Shown: one piece after another, positions 27,144 to 40,402 of the stretch | Layout of the letters: the number at the start of each line of letters is the position of its first letter | Position numbering within the stretch: position 1 is the stretch's first letter | NCBI GenBank assembly: GCA_964106645.2 | Contig: OZ067040.1 | Strand: one strand, 5' to 3' | Origin: Podarcis pityusensis | Taxonomy: Eukaryota | DNA: 64,000 nucleotides | Notes under the pieces: generated by a model | Told to the model about the DNA's origin: nothing | The model's database searches: none | What the model saw: the letters and a program-made list of their open reading frames with translations, nothing else | Position numbers and translations under genes: made by a program

Positions 27144-30100
27144 GCTAGGATGTTGCCACTTAGTCTCAATGACCATTTTAGTCTTTTTGCACCTACAAGC
27201 TCTCCAGAAGCAGTCATTGGCCCTGGCAAGGGGAGACATTCCAAAAAGGAATTGTTACTAATAAAGGAAAATGATATGTACCCCTTATCAGGTGAAGATA
27301 ATTTGGGAAGTAGTTTTAATAATACTATTTTTATCTTTGAATTGTTTTCTACAGCTAAAAAAGATGCAATAAAGTAATATAAAAAATTCTGCCGAATACC
27401 CTTTGAAACTCTTTCATCGTGCTTTAGGAAACACTGCTCTAAACCATTGGTCTTCAGCTGATGAACCACTAGTGGATCACAGCCTGATCTAAGATGAGTC
27501 ACAACAGCAGTTCGTTCACCAAACAGATATATGGTTTTAAAAAAAGGAAAATAAATGACTCACCAAATGCATGCCTGGGTTAAAGAGGAATCCTGGGTCT
27601 GAAAATGTTGAAGGCTACTGCTTTAAACTATGGTGCACTTTCCTCCTCCCCCCTCTCACAACATGCAGGCTATTTTATCAGTTTCTGAGTTGTTGCAACC
27701 ATAGTTGCCTGAATCACACAACTAAAGTTAGCAGTAACCTCCAAATCCTGAATGGCAAACTCACTTCAAGCCATAGCTTCAAACAATGTTTGCAGGTTAG
27801 TGCAGATAGCTTGCCTGTTTAGGCATCATGGTGACCTATAGCTACAGGAAAGGGAGAAGGGACTTAGTTTATGAGAGGGAAGGAAGATGTTTCTCACATG
27901 TGTATTTGGTGAAGAGCAGGTGCTGAGGGCAGAGGGAGCATAACAATTTGTTTCCATTATACTGGCTCACTGCAACAGAGCTTTGTAGAGAAGGCATTAT
28001 TTGAAAGGATAACTCAGGGACTAGGAACCTGTAGCACTCCAGATGTTGTTGGACTCCAATCTCCAGAATCATTGACCATGGTGGCCAAAGCTGTTGAAGT
28101 CTCAACAACATCTGGAAGGCTGCTTTCCAGGGATATCTGAAAAATCAAAGCCCTGCAAATTGATAATAATTGGGGGAGGGGACATAAGACTATCTTGGTG
28201 ATTGCTGGAAGAAGTCCATGCCACTACTTGACATGTACTGAGGTCATTTTATGCGTGTAATTTTATGCTTCAACTGAGGGTTTTTGCTATTTTAGACATT
28301 GTTCTAATATGGATGAACAGATGGAACAAGTGGAGGTGGAGGCATCTTGGGGGAAAAGAGATTACGAAATGATAAGCCTCCATGCTTCTGGAAGAAGGAA
28401 AGAGCAGCATTTTTTTTTTTAAATAAAAAAACAGATTTTTAGAATAGTGGACTACAATAATCTACAGTTATAATTAGCAGAGAGAGAGGAACTGAAACAA
28501 CAAAAAAAGGAGTTCAAGAGGGCTACCAGTTGCTAGAAGCATAATTATAAACCATTCCCATACAAAAGAAAATGGGAAGCCCCATTGCAGAGCTCTGGCA
28601 CGGCTTCAAAGAAATCTTTGCACTGATCTCAAAAACCAAAAGGGAACTCTATCAGAAATGGAAGGAAGGTGAAGTCTCCAGTTAATTAGTATAGCACAGG
28701 CATACATGAGTAAAATCGGAAAAGCAAGGCATAAAATGAGTTGCGGCAGCCAAGGGACAAATGGAGCTCTGTAGAACAAAATGTGACTGTGTGTGTAGCG
28801 CTAAATTTCACCAGTGAAGGTGTTTGGGGGTGGGGAGATGGTGTAATTGGCTTCGGAGGAAGAAGAGCCTGCAAGGCCAATCCATGCACATCTGTAATCT
28901 GTTCAAATGCGAAGGAGAGTCTCCTCCCTGATGGTGGTAGTGGAGCTTGGACAGGGTGATGTCCTCTAAGCCCAATTCTGTCCCCTCTTTAGACTCCAGG
29001 TTGAAGGATAATCAAGCATGCTCCCCTTCAAGTTTGCCTCCCAGCTGCAACAGCTGCCCAAAGCCTTGTGCCCAAATATTCATCAGCTGTATGCCATAAT
29101 CATCACAATTATAACAAATAAAGGCTTGACATATCTCGCTTTGCATGTCATGAGTCTATCTCATATATTAGTTTCAGCTTTTAAGTTGAATTACTGAAAT
29201 AAATGAACTTTTCCACGATACTCTAATTTTTCGAGTTTCACCTGTAGATATGTAATGTCTGGGAACTTCCAGACTGCCCAGAGGGATTGAAGTGCCTACT
29301 GGGAAATTAAAATTTACACAGTTAAAGTGGATTAAACTGCTCTGCAAAAAATAATTCCACTTTTGAAAAAAGTGCACTTTTGCAGCTGGGAAAGTGATGG
29401 GCCGACCCACTCATTAGGCAGGCAGAAGCAGCCGCCTTGGGTGGTGAAATCCTGTGGGGTGGTGCCCCACCCACCCCTGCTACCACCGGGGTTACGCAGC
29501 TGCAGTGGCTTCCTGTGAGATCTCTCTGGAAGCCACCGCACAACCTTGGGATAAGTGAAACTTCAGAAGGGTGCAGTGGTGGCACCTTCCTGTTTTGCCT
29601 CAGGTGGCAAAATAGGATGGGCTGCTCCTGGTGATGGGGAATTGCCTTGAAAAGTGTGGAACAAACTGATGATTAATTGGAAGATGTACAAACACCCTGC
29701 CAGCAAATGCAGGAAGAATGCAGAATGCTCAATAAACACACTGGCTGTAGTCTAACCTCTGTGCAAACTTGGTGCTAACAAGTCTGGATGAATGCTCAAT
29801 AAATTGGCTGTTTGAAAGAGCCCTCAATGGAAGCATAATCTGGGAAGTTCTTTGAAATATGAATTGTTCCCTGGGCAAAACAAAGCCTGGAATATAAGAA
29901 AAAAATGCATTTTTTTAAAAATCGCCTGTTCTCTTGTACACTTACAGAAAAGAATTGCATTAGTGTGAACAGAACTGTTTGTCAAATGGCTAGCCTGACT
30001 AAGAGAAGCTGCAGAATTAGTAAATTGTACACATAATGGGAGAAGTGCTGGATGATGCTAGATAATGCCAGAGCTAAGCAACAAAACCATCCCTGTTTAG

Positions 30101-32429
30101 CCAACAAGCGCATGGCACAATGAGGGCATCTCCTGATGCGCCGTGTTTTATAGGATCCTCATGGGAATGGAGTGTAGGCAGCTGTGATGTGGGCCATGCT
30201 GGGATTTCTCAAAAATGACTATAATGAGGTGTTTTCCCATTAGCTTAAAGCTTGCTCGGCTACTGGCTGTTCTCCTGCATCAATTACTCCTCTGTTATTG
30301 TTCTCCATGTGCAAAGATTTTCGTTTTGTGACTCATAAGTGGTTTCCAGAAGACATGACTACTTTGTGAGATATTTAAAATAGATTTTAAAGGAAATACA
30401 AGTCTATCTATCAGATGATCTGTATTACAAAAAAAAGTGAGCAGGCTTTTAGTATTCTCTCCACAGTTTGGTGTGTGAAACCATCCTAAGTTTTGTTCAG
30501 CATTTTCTGGGGGGGAAAAGAGAGGAAAACCTGTACATATGAGCTGAATAGCATTCCAGTTGCAGGGCTGCACAGTTCTTGTCGGGACTAAAAACTATTG
30601 AAGTAACCATGGGTTGTATCCAACTAAGTTATACTCGGAGAAGACCCACTGAAATTAATGGACATGAACTAACTTCAGTTCACTAATTTAAGTGTGTTTT
30701 GCTCCAGTAGTGTAGCAATTTCAGAAGTACAGTGCCCCTTCATGATAGTCTGTACCACATACCATCACAGGCACCCTCCTCATTTGCACGCCCATCCAGT
30801 GCAACCTCACCTCTCTCACTGCCCTAAATCCGCCCTCTCTGGAATTGCCCTCTCTGGAAGTCTTGAAGTAGAGGTTGCCTGGAGCTCTATGGGTTGGTTG
30901 CTCTAGCTCTGGAATTCTTGCACTCAGCAAGGCTGCTGGGTTGAATTAGGTGGCCTCTCTAGGACCCTTCCAGCTCTATGGTTCAAGGAACCAGGCTTAA
31001 CACTGACTTGCCAAACTGGATGGTAGGAGTAATTATACATGCAACCCAATCCTCTTCCCTCTGAAGTACTTCCAACATTGTTTAGTGGAACTCGGTTCTT
31101 GGCAACTGTTCATGGGATTGCATTCTTTATTCCCCCTTTCAATGCTACTTCGTCCACCTGTCATTCTGCTCACTAATACGCACCCTGTGGTGTTCATTTG
31201 CTTACGACTGCAGCTTAGAGATGATTTGAATATAGTCAACATACGCCTGCTACTTAACCGGAACTTTGTTTCTTTCAAACAACCTTGGTGATGCTCAAGG
31301 ATTTTAAATTGAAACAGGAATTGTGCCTTTGTGTCTGGCAGTGTCCGGGGAAATATTGCAGTGGGGAGGGATAAAAAAACCCTGTATCGTTGAAGTGATT
31401 CCGCAAACCATTCCTGCATTAGGAAATCCCCAAACTGTACTTTGTATTAAAATGTTTTAATAAGCTGATTTAGCCAGTGCATTAATCTATCAAACAAATG
31501 CATGGGAATGCACCAAGAATCCCAAGGTAGTGGATGAGGGAAAGCATTGCATAGCTGAGATTCTGCCTATGTTAGGATGTAGGTGGGACATTCATCATAG
31601 AAGGCCTTGCCAAACTTTTTAGGCCCCTGGGGAACATTTTCAAACCAGAGAACATGTTGTGTGCTCCCCAGCCAAGCACACTCAAATGCTTATTTTAAGC
31701 TGAACAGTGGGAGAGGGGCACACTGGATTCCAAGGAAGGCCTCTGTGGGTCCCGACCTATACAGTCTCTGAGATTTTCCATTCTCAAGTGGCAGTGTCAA
31801 AATTTAAGAGCCAAACTAGAAGTGATGCAATCCCCGCTTGTCCACCACTGTAATGATAGCTTATAATTTTTTTTAGAGATGTACTGTTATTTGGAATGCC
31901 TGCCACCCATTTCTTATAAACTGCTTGCAGGACCATGTATTGGACTTCCCATCCCTGACCCATATAATGAGAGACCAAAGAGACTGGGTTTGGGTCAAAA
32001 CAGGCCACAACTTTATTGAATACAGATGAAAGAGGTTTGGCTTGGGCATGGGGCAATCAAAATTTGCCCCATAGTCAATCCAGGTGGGGGTTCCTAAGAC
32101 TTACATCTAATAGGGTGACCCCCACAGGGACGGAAGTCTGGGGGAGTGCCTTTGGCCCTTGCCCTACTAGGGCACATGGACATGGCCATTCCCCCCGAAT
32201 CCCTTTAACTGGATACCCAGCCTTTGGAGGGGCACGCAGAGACTACAACCTCCCCTCCATTCAAAACAAAGGATTGCCCCAATGCCCAACCGCCAATCGA
32301 GCAAATGCTTGCCGCCAAACGACTCACATCTGTACCCATGCCTGTTGTTGCAATGGAGGAAGGCTGGACTTCCTTCTCTGACCATGGGCTTCCCTCTCCA
32401 ACTATGGGCAGGCTGTTCTGCAACATCCT

Positions 32430-33230
32430 GTGGCTCCTTAGGTACCTTCCCTGTGAGTTTAGGATTGCTCCCTTAGTTGGAAACATATATCAAGCTCAAC
32501 TGCATATTAAGCAAGGGTATTTTGAATTAGGAAATAATAACTCTCCTAGAGTGATGGTATGAAGATATCTGAAAAAGCAACAAAAACATAATTACATTTT
32601 AAGTCCTAGGGGAGATAAATACTCATAATTGATATGTCCAGGAGCCATTACAAAATTCTTTTCAGAATAAGATAAAAAAAGAACAACAATAATCCCATCT
32701 AAAGAGAGTCTTCTTTGTTATTTAAAATAAATAATGACGACCAAATTATCACAAGGGCATAGACTGGAAGAATCCAGTACTTTTGGAGAAGTTACACAAA
32801 AGTTATTAAAAACATTAAGAATGGAGCACCTTGGGAATGTAATTTGCTATCGCCCTGATTAATTTTTTAAAAAATTGAGAAACAGATAAAAATCAGTTTT
32901 GAAAGGAGGAAAACTTTCTGATTTATAAAAATGGCTTGCATAATTGCATTTGTAAAAGACGATAAAGATGCCATTCAATTAAAATCCTATCAGCCAATAT
33001 TATTGTTAACTTCTTTAACTAGTAGAATAGCTCAGTTCATTGGGGTAGATCAAGCAAGACTTCTTCCAGATAAATATATTGTGGACAATGTAAGGGAAAT
33101 ACTGAATCTGATGTTTAAAAGTCAAAATAAAAATATCGCACCATTGGCCCTATTTGTTGACATGGCCTTTGGCAGATTAAAGCCACTATCTTTGGGAGGG
33201 AAAATACTGTTCTATAAGAGGCAAGTGGGT
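32430..33230 (+). mobile_element. Decayed L1 ORF2 (RT) fragment
   Basis: ORF 32931-33251 retains SYQPILLL, DQARLLP..YIVDNVREILN and LFVDMAFGR, degenerate versions of SYRPISLL, DQxGF and DAEKAFDR. Boundaries approximate. Confidence 0.75.
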
Positions 33231-34211
33231 AAGGAAATGGATTTCTTGTGAATTTGCTTTGTTATTACATTGAATGGAATCCATGCAACTAGTTTTGTGT
33301 ACTCAAATGGGCTTGGTATGTCTTGTATCAACATTCTTTAATGCATGGCAATACCCATCTGAAATGGGTGTTTCACCAGCAATTTGTCATGACATGAGGG
33401 TCTGCTATTTAAAAGAGGAAAGTTATAAAAATCCAAGCGAGTGTGCCCAAGCTGTTGGGGACACAAAAGTAAATATTTGGATCCCAGCATTTATTATATA
33501 TTTTTAAAAAAACACACAAATTTTCAGGGAATTAGGGTGTGGGGGAGAGAGAAACAAGGCTCCAATGCATAAAACACATTTCTATGAAGTCCTATTAGAC
33601 ACAATGAAATTTGCCCCTGAGAAAGTATGCACAGGGGTTTTGTACCCAAACAGGATATTTATTTATTTTCAACTGACCTTTAATTTATATTTGAAGGGGG
33701 ACTACTTGTGCCTTTCTAAAATAAAGAAGTTCAGAGATAACGGTATGTGTCAGAAATTTGAGCCAATGTAAGATGAGAGGGAAGCAGTAAGGAAAGTCAA
33801 AAGAAAACAAGATGGGGAGAGAACGGTTTGAACACAGGGGTCATGCAAGGGTATAAAGCAGTCATGTGAAAATGACAATGACACAAAACCAATAACCAAG
33901 GAAAAGAGAGAGAGAGAGGGAGGGAGGCAAAGCTACATTTATATTTCAGAGTATCTGAGCTCCGAGACAAGCAGAGAGAAATGGATAAATAAATAAATAA
34001 TAAATTCCTGCTCTACAAAGGTGTCCCGAGGAATTGCCTGTATTCTAAAGGAGACTATTTCATACTAGCACAGGAGGATTTATCAAGGCCACTAAATGGT
34101 CTGTGCTAAAAAAAGGTGCTGTTAATTTATTTAGGTTGATCCAACGCAGAAACATGCAGTATTTGTGCGACCCACCAAGCTTAACACAGCCAAGCAGCCA
34201 TGTACTGTGCC

Positions 34212-34351
34212 CAGTGCGATTTTTCTAGAAAAAAGAGGTGCTGGAACTCACCATGAACGCCTCCCTTGTTCTCTTATAATGACAATGACACTCACCTGAG
34301 AGGTGCCAGAACTGGGTTCCGGCAAGTTCCGGCTGGGAAAAAAAAGCCCTG
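34212..34351. mobile_element. hAT (Tip100-like) MITE
   Basis: CAGTGCGATTTTT...AAAAAAAGCCCTG termini with internal GAGGTGCYRGAACT repeats; no clean TSD. Confidence 0.55.
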
Positions 34352-34364
34352 ATCATGTCCTATC

Positions 34365-35215
34365 AGGGCCTAGAACCCCTGTGAGGAATGGTTACAACAT
34401 CTGAGGCTTTTTATTTTAGAAAAAAGAGAAGTCCCCCCCCTCACATGAAACTAAAATTGGGGGCCATCCAGGGAAGCCAAATGTTGTAAGATTAAAAGGT
34501 AAAGGGACCCCTGACCGTTAGGTCCAGTTGTGGACGACTCTGGGGTTGAGGCGCTCATCTTGCTTTACTGGCCGAGGGAGCCGGCATTTGTCATGTGGCC
34601 AGCATGACAAACCCACTTCTGGCGAACCAGAGCAGCGCACGGAAATGCCGTTTACCTTCCCACTGGAGTGGTACCTATTTATCTACTTGCACTTTGACGT
34701 GCTTTTGAACTGCTAAGTTGGCAGGAGCTGGGACTGAGCAACGGGAGCTCACCCCGTCGCGGGGATTCGAACCGCCGACCTTCTGATCGGCAAGTCCTAG
34801 ATAGTCAAAAAGCTATTCTTCACATAGAGCATAGTTAAACTATGGAATTTTCTCCCATAAGATGGGTCGTTAAACTGTGGAAGTTATTGGTAGTTAACTA
34901 TGGAATTTGCTCCCACGTGATTGCACAAGATATTGTGATGGCCACCAACTTGGAAAGCTTTAAAGGAGAATTAGATTCATTTTAGGAGAAGATTGTCTGT
35001 GGTCTCTAGCTACAATGGCTGTGTTCTTTCCCCTCTGTTGGAGGCAGCATCCCTCTGCATACCAGTTGCTAGCAATCACAAGTTGCGAGAGCACTGTTAC
35101 ATCCAGATCTCATTTGCCAACTTTCCATAGGCATCTGGTTGGCTATTGTGAGGACAGAACACAAGGCTAAATGGTCCTTCAGCCTGATCAAGCAGAGCTC
35201 TTCTTGTGGTTTTGT
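34365..35215 (+). mobile_element. CR1 LINE 3' fragment (interrupted by the Sauria SINE)
   Basis: Decayed CR1 ORF2 3' end followed by the CR1-type 3'UTR GGCATCTGGTTGGC...CCTGATCAAGCAGAGCTCTTCTTG. Boundaries approximate. Confidence 0.7.
34494..34800 (-). mobile_element. Sauria SINE, 5'-truncated, inserted into a CR1 fragment
   Basis: Sauria body and tail without the first ~30 nt. It splits the CR1 segment ...AATGTTGTAAGATT / ...CTATTCTTCACATAGAGCATAGTTAAACTATGGAAT. Confidence 0.88.
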
Positions 35216-37532
35216 GATATAACCTGTGTTTTTGCTTTCTGCCTTGGACTGCAAAAATGTGGATCTGATCAGTGGCTGTATTTGGTTTGGTGGGTGGGCT
35301 GTTACAATCCAAGAAAACATTTAGGGTGCAAATTCAGATAATGATGGGCACATTTTAAATCATCGGGAGAAGTAGCTTGTTCAGCAACATATTTTTTCAG
35401 TGGAATGCATGTTCAGAATTGAAATCGGAAGTCCACAATTCAGAGTTAAAATCCTATTAATTCCAGTAATACTTTCTTTATCTGCACTTAGCTTCATCAC
35501 ATCTTTCCTCTCTCCTGTTCCCTGACCCATGTTATTCTAACTCACTGCAAATTTTCTGACTATTCCTCTTCCATAACTTGATTTATGTGACACCCACATG
35601 ATAAGAAGTTGAAAACCCTCTTACAGATTAATTTAATTTGTTACAAATAATGGTGCATTGTCGAGAAAGTTCAGGTCCTATTGATTTCTTTGGGTTTAAT
35701 TTTTCATGTGTTCTTAAATGAATGCACACCCCAATCAGGAATTTAGAATAAAGCATAAAGTTTCCTGTTTTCTTCTAAGTCTAACTCTATGGTGTCAGGT
35801 GTTGGCTGTTGTTGGGATGCAGAATATGGGACCAGATGGCCCATTGGTCTGACCTACAGATTATAGTTGCAGTAGCATAGTCCTTTGAAATCTCTAATTC
35901 TTCTAGATATTTTCCATCTATTTGCTTTTATTACCTGTAAAATGTTCTGCCCCCCCCATGCCTAGGTTCTTGTCATTCTGGCATGGTATGACTCTCTATT
36001 GGCTTAATGCAAATCATATCCTTACCAGAACTAGACACTTATCGTGTTGAAATCAGAACAAATACTTGAAGGTTAAAACTGTGATTTATGGGGTAAGCAG
36101 AGGGAGATATGTGTCTGTGTGGGAATTTAACTGAAGGAACCACTGCATTTTCAGCCGTTGGGAGTTTGAACAAAAACATATGCCAAAATTTCAGCTCCCC
36201 AAAAGTCTTCTCTTAATTAGAGTTGAGTTTACACAGAACAACAATTACATTGATCCAATTACCATCTGCAACATGCTTCAATGTGAGGCACAAGGCTGAA
36301 GGAGAACTGAAGTCTATTTGCATCTAAAGTACAATTGTCATAAATCTATCCTACATTCTGCTTTTAAAGGAAGAAAAGTGAATATGAGGATGCTGCGGAA
36401 TGATGTGTGACATCATTCACAATAACAAGTACTCTATTTGTGTCAAGAATTCTAAAGCCTTTTCATGTTCCTAATTAAAGAACCCTCTTTTTTTGACAGT
36501 GGGAGATGCTAATTGGCAGTTTTTTTAAAAAGGGGGGAAATGATGCTCTGTAGAAATTTGGTGTTGCAAACAGCTTGCTTTACTAACCTGCCAGCATCTG
36601 AAATGTATAAATAAGAAGCACAATCCTGAAAACATGTTATCTGGTCTGTTTGTAGTTTTCCCAAAACAGATTTGTAGATTATTGCATGTGGATATCAGGG
36701 TACTACGTTGCTTTACTAAATTCTGTAAGGAATTTCCTGTTGGCTGTGGTGAGGGGGAAAGGTGAGATTAATCTCAAAGCCTTGTTAAGATACGTTGGAT
36801 GTGAAAATTAGATTAAGAGATTGCGAAGGGTGTGGATTTATACTGGAAGCCTGTCATTGGTTGTCATTTTATGTTTTTGGTTCATAAGAGTCATTTGAAG
36901 TTCACATACTGCAGTGGACATTTTGTAGGCTGATTTCAGCAAGCAAATAACTCATGCATTTGATTTCTGGGCAATGGCAGCTGGTGTAAACAGTAAATGC
37001 CTGCTTCTGCTGAGTAGTAATTGACAGGTAAGGAAGCCAGGTGCTTTTACTGGTGACTGCCTGGTTGGAGGCAAGGAGGAGCCTTCACAGCACTGTGGAG
37101 GTGTGTTGTTGAATGAACAGAGTGTCCCGTGCAGGTGTGGGATAATGACACTCGTGATTCACCATCAGTGTCCCTGTCTCTGCACCACTTCTTCTCTGCC
37201 TCCACTGTCTCCAGTCAGATGTTTGCCAGCAATAGACTGTATCTCAGTGCTTATAGAACTACTTTGTATACGGAAGGACTCAGCTTCCATCCCTGGTGTC
37301 TCCAACTAGGGCTGAGGCAGACACCCTGTCTTAAACCCTGGAGAACCCCTGCCAGCCAATATAAAACAATATTGAACTAGAATCAGGGATGAGGAACCTG
37401 TTGCCCTCCAGGTGTTGCTGGGGACTGCAACTCCCATTATTCCTGACCATTGTCCATTGGGGCTGGTGCCGATGGGGGTTTTGAGCCGAACAACGTATAG
37501 GGGGCCATATTTTCCCCAGTGCTGAGCTAGCT

Positions 37533-37656
37533 CAGGGTTTCCCAAACCTGGGTATTCAGCTGTTTTTGGATTATAGTTCCCATCATCTCTGACCACTGGT
37601 CCTGCTAGCTAGGAAGGATGGGAGTTGTATTTCAACAGCAACTTGGAGAAACCCTG
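37533..37656. mobile_element. Palindromic hAT MITE, adjacent to a second one (~37384-37524), both inside a SINE
   Basis: CAGGGTTT...AAACCCTG termini; TSD AGCTAGCT/AGCTAGAT (7/8). Confidence 0.8.
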
Positions 37657-39146
37657 AGCTAGATGGATCAATGGTCTGGGAGCAACATAATGGGAAGGTT
37701 GTTTCTAGCTCCCTAGCCCTCTTACCCTTGGAAGTCATATAAGAAGCTGCTGCAGGAGTGAGTCTGTGAGCAACAGCATGGGAGAGGTATTTCTAGGACT
37801 AAGGTGAAACTCTGAAACTCTACTGTTATTTCTGCTGTTAGGTGTTGCCTGCTGTTTATGGAATCTTGTTATATTTATAGTTTTGAAATGTGCTTTTTAT
37901 GCTATTATGTTACTGTTTTGCTGTGTTATTTTTTTAACTGTTTATTTGAAATGCACCCCTGTTCTCTTTGAGTATTTTTGTGTGTGTGGAAAAGCGGCAT
38001 ACAAATAAAAGGAATGAATGAATGAATGGCAGAGGAAAAGCTGCATACAAATAAAAGGAATGAATGAATGAATGAATGAATGAATGGCAGAGGGCAGCCT
38101 CTTCAGTTCTCTCTTGGTCGCTGCTCAGCATTCAGTGATCTGCTGTGTCGTAGCCTCTTTTCAACAACCAAGAAAGTGAAGCCATTGTTCTGGAAGGGAC
38201 TTGTTCCTGCTCTTATTTTTGTTTGTTTGTAGGATATCAAATGGCAGTTGTTACAAGCAGCAGTTTCTTTGAGTCCCATTGTCCTTTGCGTCACCAAACA
38301 GCCTCAGTGTCAAAATGGATGAACTAACTGAAAAGTAACCATTAAGCCCAGGATGGGTCAAAAAGGAGTGAAGCCAAAAATATTTTTAATAGTAATGTCA
38401 GCAGCTAGCCAGCCGAGACAGTAGCAGCTTTAAGACTGGGTGGGACATGATATGACCCCTCAGGCTGCAGAGACTATTTTACATGCCTGAATACAGCCCT
38501 AGAACAAATGCAATAAGCATTTGATGAAAGGGATCCCGGTAAATATCTTATTGTGCTTCCCTTTTCTAGTCCAAATGCAAAATATCTTCAGGATGTAGCA
38601 TAGTGTAAATTTACCCATTACCTTAAAGGGGAAAAACCCCCTGTAATTACCACTAATGCATGTGGGACCAACACCCAGAACTCAATGGATTTTGTTTCTT
38701 CCATTCCTTTCTTTCAAGATGGCTGTGCTCTGCCTCCTTGGCAGTAATGCTTCTGAATACTAGTTGCTGGAAACCACAGGAGGGGAGAGGGGTCTTGGGT
38801 TCGGGTCCCACTTGCAAGTTTCCCACAGGTTTTTGGTGAGAATAGGATGCTGAAGTAGATGGACTCTGCTCAGACCCTCCAACTGTCCCTATTTTCCAGG
38901 ATTTTCCAGGATTTACAGAAGCCCAGTCTCTGATTTGATCCCAGAATGTCTTTTTTCCCCTTAGGACATCCCTATTTTCATTGGAGAAATGTTGGTGGGT
39001 ATGGAGTTATCTGCTCCCTGAGCCATCTGAAGGCAGCCCTGTATAGGGAAGTTTTAAAATGTTTAATGTTTTATTATGTTTTTATATATGTTGGAATCTG
39101 CCCAGAGTGGCTTGAGCCACTCAGTTAGATGGGCAGGCTATAAGTA

Positions 39147-39147
<1 letters not shown>

Positions 39148-39181
<34 letters not shown>

Positions 39182-39223
39182 GTAGTAGTAGTAGTAGTAG
39201 TAGCAGTAGCGGTAGTAGTAGTA
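39148..39223. repeat. (AAT)n(AGT)n microsatellite
   Basis: Seen directly. Confidence 0.95.
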
Positions 39224-39451
39224 AAGATGATGATGGAATAGGACATCCCTATTTTCATTTGAGAAATGTTGGAAAGTATGTCTTAGGTTCTTTTCCTCTT
39301 TTTTATCATGTTGAATACCACTAAAGGGGAGAGCTGCTCGTCAGTGGTGGACCTCATGAAAGGTCTCAGGTTCAATTCCTGACCTCTTCTGGTAGGGCTG
39401 AGAAGGACCCTACTCTGAAACCATGAGGCTTCATTGTCAGTTGATGTAGAT

Positions 39452-39766
39452 CAGGGATAGGGAGGTTTTTCCCCCTCTGAGGACTGGACTGTAGTCCCTT
39501 CTGGTCAACCTTTCAGTGGAAACATACCACTAGTGGGCAGCACCAGAGGCAAAAGCGAGTGGAGTGACGAATGTAAATTTTACCTTTGTGCTGTAGGCTA
39601 GCTTCTACACAAACTTACGCAGTTCTTTCTATCCTCCAGGCAGCCAAGAGGCATTATTAGAGATCAGTGGCACATTCCAGCCAACATTTAAGGGGAGGGG
39701 TAGGTGTGACCAGGTGAGAGGCTACATTTGACCTCCTGGTTCTCCACCTGATGTTCTCCACCTCTT
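39452..39766. mobile_element. hAT-type non-autonomous element inserted in a SINE
   Basis: Starts CAGGGATAGGG; TSD ATGTAGAT/ATGTAGAC (7/8). A related decayed copy lies at ~41535-41720. Confidence 0.7.
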
Positions 39767-40359
39767 ATGTAGACAGTACTCAGCTAGGAGGACTGCTGTC
39801 CTGCCCATTTGTATGAGGCAGATTGCTGTGACCTGAGAGCACCTTTCATTCTGCAGCGTAGTCTTCTGCCTTCGGAGTGCTAGAGTACTCCACACGGGCC
39901 TCCAAAGAATACAGCGACTGCTGTTTCAAGTCCGCATTTAGAGCGAAGAAAGTAAATGCTCTTGGCTTGCAATGTGCTAAACAGATGATGGGTATCAGAT
40001 GGTAAGACAAGGTGAGCAGCAAAGATATGGCAAAGCACAGTGGCCTGTAAAGCAGAGCAAAGCTACAGAAATTGTAACAACCATATGGTGGTTATAATCA
40101 GGACATGTGCAAAGCAGGAAAAGATTTCGCACCAGGAGGTGTGATGGGGCCAGGAAGAGACAGAGTCAAAAAGAGCAAAGAGGTATGCCTTGGTGCTGCA
40201 GGTAAAACAAACAGCATTAGCGTTTTATGTTTCTAGTCACAAAGACCTGGTGTTTACCATATGCCTTGTGCCAAAAATGTAGATTTACACAGGCTGGGTG
40301 GAAGCGCTTTGAATTTATCACCTAGTTTCACCTTCTTTTCATTTAATCTTTGTCAGTGC

Positions 40360-40362
<3 letters not shown>

Positions 40363-40400
<38 letters not shown>
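40363..40400. repeat. (GT)n microsatellite
   Basis: Seen directly. Confidence 0.95.

Positions 40401-40402
<2 letters not shown>

Noticed and set aside
39960-40210. Purine-rich exon-like stretch with GT donor-like sites
   Set aside because: No convincing acceptor and no RIMS1-like translation in any frame I checked.
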